Assembly (NCBI GenBank): GCA_051294375.1
Contig: CM119268.1
Location: forward strand, 23,086,256 to 23,150,255
Length of the DNA stretch: 64,000 nucleotides
Origin: Paraspadella gotoi
Lineage: Eukaryota > Animalia > Chaetognatha
Direction of reading: 5' to 3'
Part shown: positions 58,561 to 64,000 of the stretch, piece after piece
Layout of the letters: the number at the start of each line of letters is the position of its first letter
Position numbering within the stretch: the first letter of the stretch is position 1
Position numbers and translations under genes: made by a program
The notes under the pieces: generated by a model
Told to the model about the DNA's origin: nothing
The model's database searches: none
The model's input: the letters and a program-made list of their open reading frames with translations, nothing else

Positions 58561-61500
58561 AGACTAGCGAGGAATTTATGGGAGTCAAGAGAGGAGTTAA
58601 AGAAAGAAAGGAAGTTCTGAGATTATGTTCAGGCTAACTGCATCGGTCTCATTGTTATTTATTTTTGAAATTCTCGGAAATGTAGGAACAAAATTTCACT
58701 TAGAGTCGCCTTGTAATCTTTTTCGTTCACAAATCACCAATTATATTCACGATCAATTGTCGTTAGTTTAACCACCCATTTTAACCACCACCGACCCAAT
58801 TTTCCCACCCACTCACCCACCCACACCTGATGGCCACAGAATCGATTGACTCCGCCTGATCGATCGCCTGACAAAGACCGTCCACGACAGTCGACCACTA
58901 AAAAAGCAAATTCCTTCACGGTCTGCGGGAATCGACGCCGGTTGAAACCTGCGACGTCAAAAACTCATTTGCATATTGTAGTAGATTAACTTATTTGGAA
59001 ACAATTTACGCAGTAGTTTGACAGACAATCTAATTTGTGATTATATTCGCGCGTTAAATTTATTTATATGGTTAGTTTTAGTTAAAGGTCCTGTTTTTTC
59101 ATATTTAAGTTTGTTTAGTTTATATATTTTGACTATGAACGTTGTCGAGAAGATCTAAAAATATCAACATTAAGAAAACATTTTTTAATGTTCAGTTTGA
59201 AATTTAAATTTTAAGTTACTCTTAACAACTTATACTTATACAATTTATTTATTATTACTATTAGACTAGTACATTATGTTTTTGGGCAATATATTTTACA
59301 CTTTTTGTGCATTAGACACTTATAATGTTTAAAAAATAATATATATATATTTTTGCATATATATATTTTTATGTATATTTTTTTTATATATTTTTGTATA
59401 TTTTTATATTAATGTTTTTGTTCTTAACCGTTTAAAACGTTTTTAAACGTTGTCTTTGAAAAAAATATACTTTTAAACAATTAAAATTATAAATTTAAAA
59501 AAAAAAAATTAATCGTGTTTTATAATGTTATAAGTATTAAAATGTTTTAAAAGATTATGTTTACACTTTTAACGATTTTTCTCTAGTTTTGCTTTTTCTT
59601 TGTTTTTTATATTTTATACTTTTTATATATATGTTTTGGTTTAAAAAAAAGCAATGAATCACAATAATCAATAATGTTGTTTTCCTTTTTATACTTTGAA
59701 CAGTTTCGTTTTTTACTTTTTCCGGTTTTTATATTTTCACATTTGACCTTGAACTTATTGACGTATTTTTTATTTTTCTTATGAATTGCAAATGTTCACA
59801 TTCATTTTCATATATTTATTTTATGAAGATAGATTTTATCATACGTTTATTCAACATATATTGTTTCTTAATGAAATTTTATTTGTGCCTAAGACTACAA
59901 TGCGCGAGTCAGTTTCGTCGTTGCTGAACACAAGAGTCACCACTCATACGGGGCGCTTACTTGATGAGGCGGTCCTCCTGGGTTAGGAGGGCTCCTCTAC
60001 TCCCGGTCTAGTGCTTTGCTAATATCTCGGAGCACATAGTGTTGTATAAATACAGCATTAAGAATAATATAGTTTAGTGCTACAGGGGTGATGATTCAAT
60101 CTTTTACCACGTTTATGTTTTTAGGGGATGTAATGTAATGTACTGTTTGTAGGATAATATGGAAAAAAGGTATCGTGAGGACGTATGCATATATAATTTA
60201 AAATATTTATTAAAGCTTCTAGGTTTTTTATTTAGTTCTATCCTTTAATATTTCTCCCTGCTCTATAGGGCAAATTAGTTTTTCATTTAATAATATGTTA
60301 TACAATTTTAGGAGGTATAGTGACCAACCGTAGTTCTAGATTTTTAGATACTTTAGATTCTTTTTTTTTATGTTATCAATGTGTTTTAGTTTTATTTCCA
60401 GTCTCGTTCTTTTTGGAATGTTAATATTTTATTTCTTTTCATCTAATCTGAAAAAAAATTCGTGCGGCGAACTTCGGACATCAACTACATCAGTTAAGCT
60501 CGCAATGCGGCTGCTTGCACCTTCTCAGAAGCTTATCGTACTCGGCGCTGCTCAAGTACGGTCGACAAAGCTGCCATACTTGAGACCATTTTTTTGGTAC
60601 CAATCATAGTTCTAGATTTTTTTTAGATTACTTTTATGTATTTTTCTATCAGATTTCTTCTACTCTTCACTGCTTCAACTTGCGGGACCTTCACCCTGAG
60701 AGCGTCAAGACTCTATCTCAGCGCCCGAGCGGGAGTGCACACGCCTCATGGGCCATGCCCGATGGTTTGAAAGGGCTTCTATGTCATCCTGGATTGAGGA
60801 AGGTTGATGCAATATGATTGGGTTCGAACAAATTCAATGCTTAAATTCTTAAAGTCTCCACATCTTCCTCTTCCACTCATAACTTTCAAAATTCATACAT
60901 TTCCTCCCTTCTCTCTCGCCCCTCCTCCCCTCCCTCCTCTCCATTCCTCTCCTCCCCTCTCTCTCCTATTCCTCTCTTTCTCCAACTCCCTCCTCTCTTC
61001 CATTTTCTCCCCTCCCCTTCTTCCTCCACCTCCATCCTCTCCTCCCTCCCCTCTCTGCTCACTTCTCCTCCTCCCTACCCTTCTTCTCCCTCCCTACTCT
61101 ACTCCTCTCTCCTCCCTCCTCCTCCTTTCTCCCTCTCCCTCCCTCCTTCTCCTCCCTCCTTACTCCCTCCTCCTCTCTTCCTCCTTCCTCCTCTCTCCTC
61201 TTTCTGTCCTCTCTTCCCCTTCCTCCCTCGTCTCCTCTCCTCTCTCTCCCTCCCTTCCTCCTCTCCCCTCCCTTCCTCCTGCAATAATTCATTATCTTCT
61301 CGGAACATTCCCGGATTCAACGCATCCATAGGAAAGCGAATGTCCCGACTCGTTGAACGATCGCGCGCTGTTGAATGGGAATGAATGAATGAATGAGAAT
61401 GGAAGAAATGAATGGTAATGAATGAATGAATTAATGAATGAATGGAATGATGAATGGAATGAAATGAATGGATGAATGAATGAAGAATAGACATCGGATA

Positions 61501-61789
61501 TGAATGAATGAGTTGAATGAATGAATGGAAATGAATAATGATAATGGAAGAAGGAAAAGAAAATAATGAATAATGAATAAATATGAATGATTGAATGAAT
61601 TTAATTAAAAATGAAAGGATTGAAATAATGATGATTGTATTCATGAACAAAAGTGGTATGTAGAAATTTTTTAAATGACAATGAAAAAATAAAATAATGG
61701 AATGAATATTGCTGAATGAAAAAAAAATGAATGAAAACATAATAAATGTTGTAAATAATTTAAANNNNNNNNNNNNNNNNNNNNNNNNN

Positions 61790-64000
61790 GAGGAAAGAAG
61801 TTAGTGCCCACAAACGCCCACACCCCTTCTCCTCACCGCGCCACCCCGCAGGCGTCCTTCACCAGCTCCGCCTTTTTCAGCCTCAACAGGATTTTAGTTT
61901 CGAGTTTCGCCGCCGCGAGTCGCACGCTGGACGAGAGATCAGAGGCGAGGGTGCGACCCAGACGGGTCCTGCCCCTTCGGCCACCACGGCACGGGCTAGG
62001 TCCGTTAGGCTGGGGAGGGGAGAGAGCGAGGGAGGGGAGTGAGAGAGAGGGAGAGGGGAAGAGAGAGAGAAAGGGAGAGGGGGAGAGAGAATAGCAAAAA
62101 AAGTTTTTAATTAAGTTTTTGTGTTTTTTTAAGTGTTTAAGTTGTTGTGTTTTTTTAAGTGTATTTCTCGCGGATGTCATATCCAATCGTCTGTTTGGTC
62201 TAAAGATAACTAGATCTATTTATATCTAGAGAAGAGGATCAGATGCCGGTTCCATCTCGGCCAATCAGGATCGAGTGATTCCGATTCTGCGACGATCGTC
62301 CGATTCTCCGAACCGATTTCACTTTAGGTGAGGCCGAGTCTCCTGCGATGATATCCACGTTTTTTAAAAAAAAATCATAAATTGATAATTAATGATTAAT
62401 TAAATAAACAAGTTTCCGATTCTTTGTAGGTTTATGGGGAAGAGAATAAGAGAATGTTTTTAGATTATTAATAGCTTTAGTAGTTCCAATCGGATAATAA
62501 AGGCTTCTTCATCTCTATCTCAGTCGTCTTCATCGTCGTTGTTTGTCATCCCCTGTTGTTGTCCTTGTTTTCATTCGTCCTCATCATCCTCGCCGTCGTT
62601 CGTCGTCGTCTCGTCCATATCGTCGTCCCCTTTGTCATTCACCACCCCACCACAACGCCACCTGTCCGAATATCTCGAACTGCAGATCAAAGGCTTCTTC
62701 AAAGAACGCCGCCCCAGAACGGAAGGAGTCGCCGCGCAGTCGGACAAAGTCCGAGGGTAGCTCGTGTCTGTAGCGGGGAGGTTAAAGAGACGGAATGATA
62801 TGTTGAGCGGGGGAGTATAAGGAGCAAGGAGAGGCAGTTTGTGAGAGGGAAGGGGTAAATAGAGAGAAAAGAAAGCTAGTGAGAAGGAGTAATAGAGAAC
62901 CTAAAGTAACTAGTGTCTTGGCGGGGAGTTGAGTAGGCTAGAATGACAGTGTGGAGCAGGGAAAGGGGATAATAGAGGAATGACTATGCGAAAGAAAGGA
63001 GTATAGAGAGCAAAGATGAGCTAGTGTCTTGTGGAGCGAGGGGGAAGGGAGTAAATAGAAGGTGCTTAAAAGAAGTGAGCTGAGTTTGGTAGGCAAAGGC
63101 GATAAAAATAGAGGAGCTAAAGGAGTGGGCTCGATCTAGGGAAGCGGAGGGAGGCAAGGAGTAGAGGAGCTTATGTCTGGTGGAGTAGAGGCGTAAATAA
63201 AGGAGAGTAAATTTAGTGTCAGGCAGCAAGAGAGAGAAGACTAGCGAGGATTTATAGGGAGTCAAGAAGAGGAGTTAAAGAAAGAAAGGAAGTTCTGAGA
63301 TTATGTTCAGGCTAACTGCATCGGTCTCATTTTATTTATTTTTGAAATTCTCGGAAATGTAGGAACAAAATTTCACTTAGAGTCGCCTTGTAATCTTTTT
63401 CGTTCACAAATCACCAATTATATTCACGATCAATTGTCGTTAGTTTAACCACCCATTTTAACCACCACCGACCCAATTTTCCCACCCACTCACCCACCCA
63501 CACCTGATGGCCACAGAATCGATTGACTCCGCCTGATCGATCGCCTGACAAAGACCGTCCACGACAGTCGACCACAAAAAAAGCAAATTCCTTCACGGTC
63601 TTCGGAATCTACGCCGGTTGAAACTCGACGTCAAAAACTCATTTGCATATTGTAGTAAGATTACTTTTTGGAACAATTTACGCAGTAGTTTGACAGACAA
63701 TCTAATTTGTGATTATATTCGCGTTAAATTTATTTATATGGGTTAGTTTTAGTTAAAGGTTCCTGGTTTTTTCATATTTAAGTTTGTTTAGTTTATATAT
63801 TTGACTATGACGTTGTACGAGAGATCTTAAAAATATCAACATTAAGAAAACATTTTTTAATGTCTCAGTTGAAATTTAAATTTAAGTTACTCTACAACTT
63901 ATACTTATACATTTTTTATTATTACTATTACATTATACATTATTTTTTGGGCATATATTTTACACTTTTTGTGCATTATACACTTATAATTGTTTAAAAA
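61790..64000 (+). other. Near-duplicate of ~57158-59335 after a 25-N gap (61765-61789); probable assembly overlap or haplotype
   Basis: Collinear and differing mainly by small indels; the ORFs at 58734 and 63411 are nearly identical. Confidence 0.88.

Noticed and set aside
59900-61380. Exon-like GC-richer patches (59900-60020, 60460-60800, 61300-61370)
   Set aside because: Low-quality sequence next to a gap; no consistent frame or recognisable motif could be established.

Overview
Eukaryotic (metazoan-type) genomic DNA: AT-rich, intron-rich and dense in microsatellites, from an incompletely polished long-read assembly. Manual exon reconstruction, using splice-phase matching, gives four genes. 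(1) A minus-strand 14-exon gene (12773->2729, ~843 aa) joins two death-fold-like helical modules, a SEFIR/TIR-like module and a long acidic linker to a complete prenylatable Rab3/Rab8-like GTPase. This unusual architecture is the best candidate for a novel system, but it depends on correcting one apparent 1-nt frameshift near 7942. (2) A plus-strand cytosolic KIM-type protein tyrosine phosphatase (42250->51956; PTP-ER/PTPN7/PTPN5/PTPRR family). (3) A convergent minus-strand gene (>=57375->53262) with ML/GM2AP-like segments and C-terminal GCC2/GCC3-type Cys-rich repeats; one of its introns holds tRNA-Pro(CGG), tRNA-Pro(AGG) and tRNA-Arg(CCT). (4) A possible small basic two-exon gene (2136->1039). 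About 16.5-46.9 kb is three copies of the 5' region of the PTP locus separated by 25-N gaps; two copies carry identical G/T-rich noise, and 61.8-64 kb repeats 57.2-59.3 kb. These duplications look like gap-filling artifacts. Also present: a tRNA-derived SINE, Helentron-like and MITE-like elements, and a 29-bp minisatellite that multiplies an exon's splice donor. All domain calls are by-eye motif recognition, not database hits.
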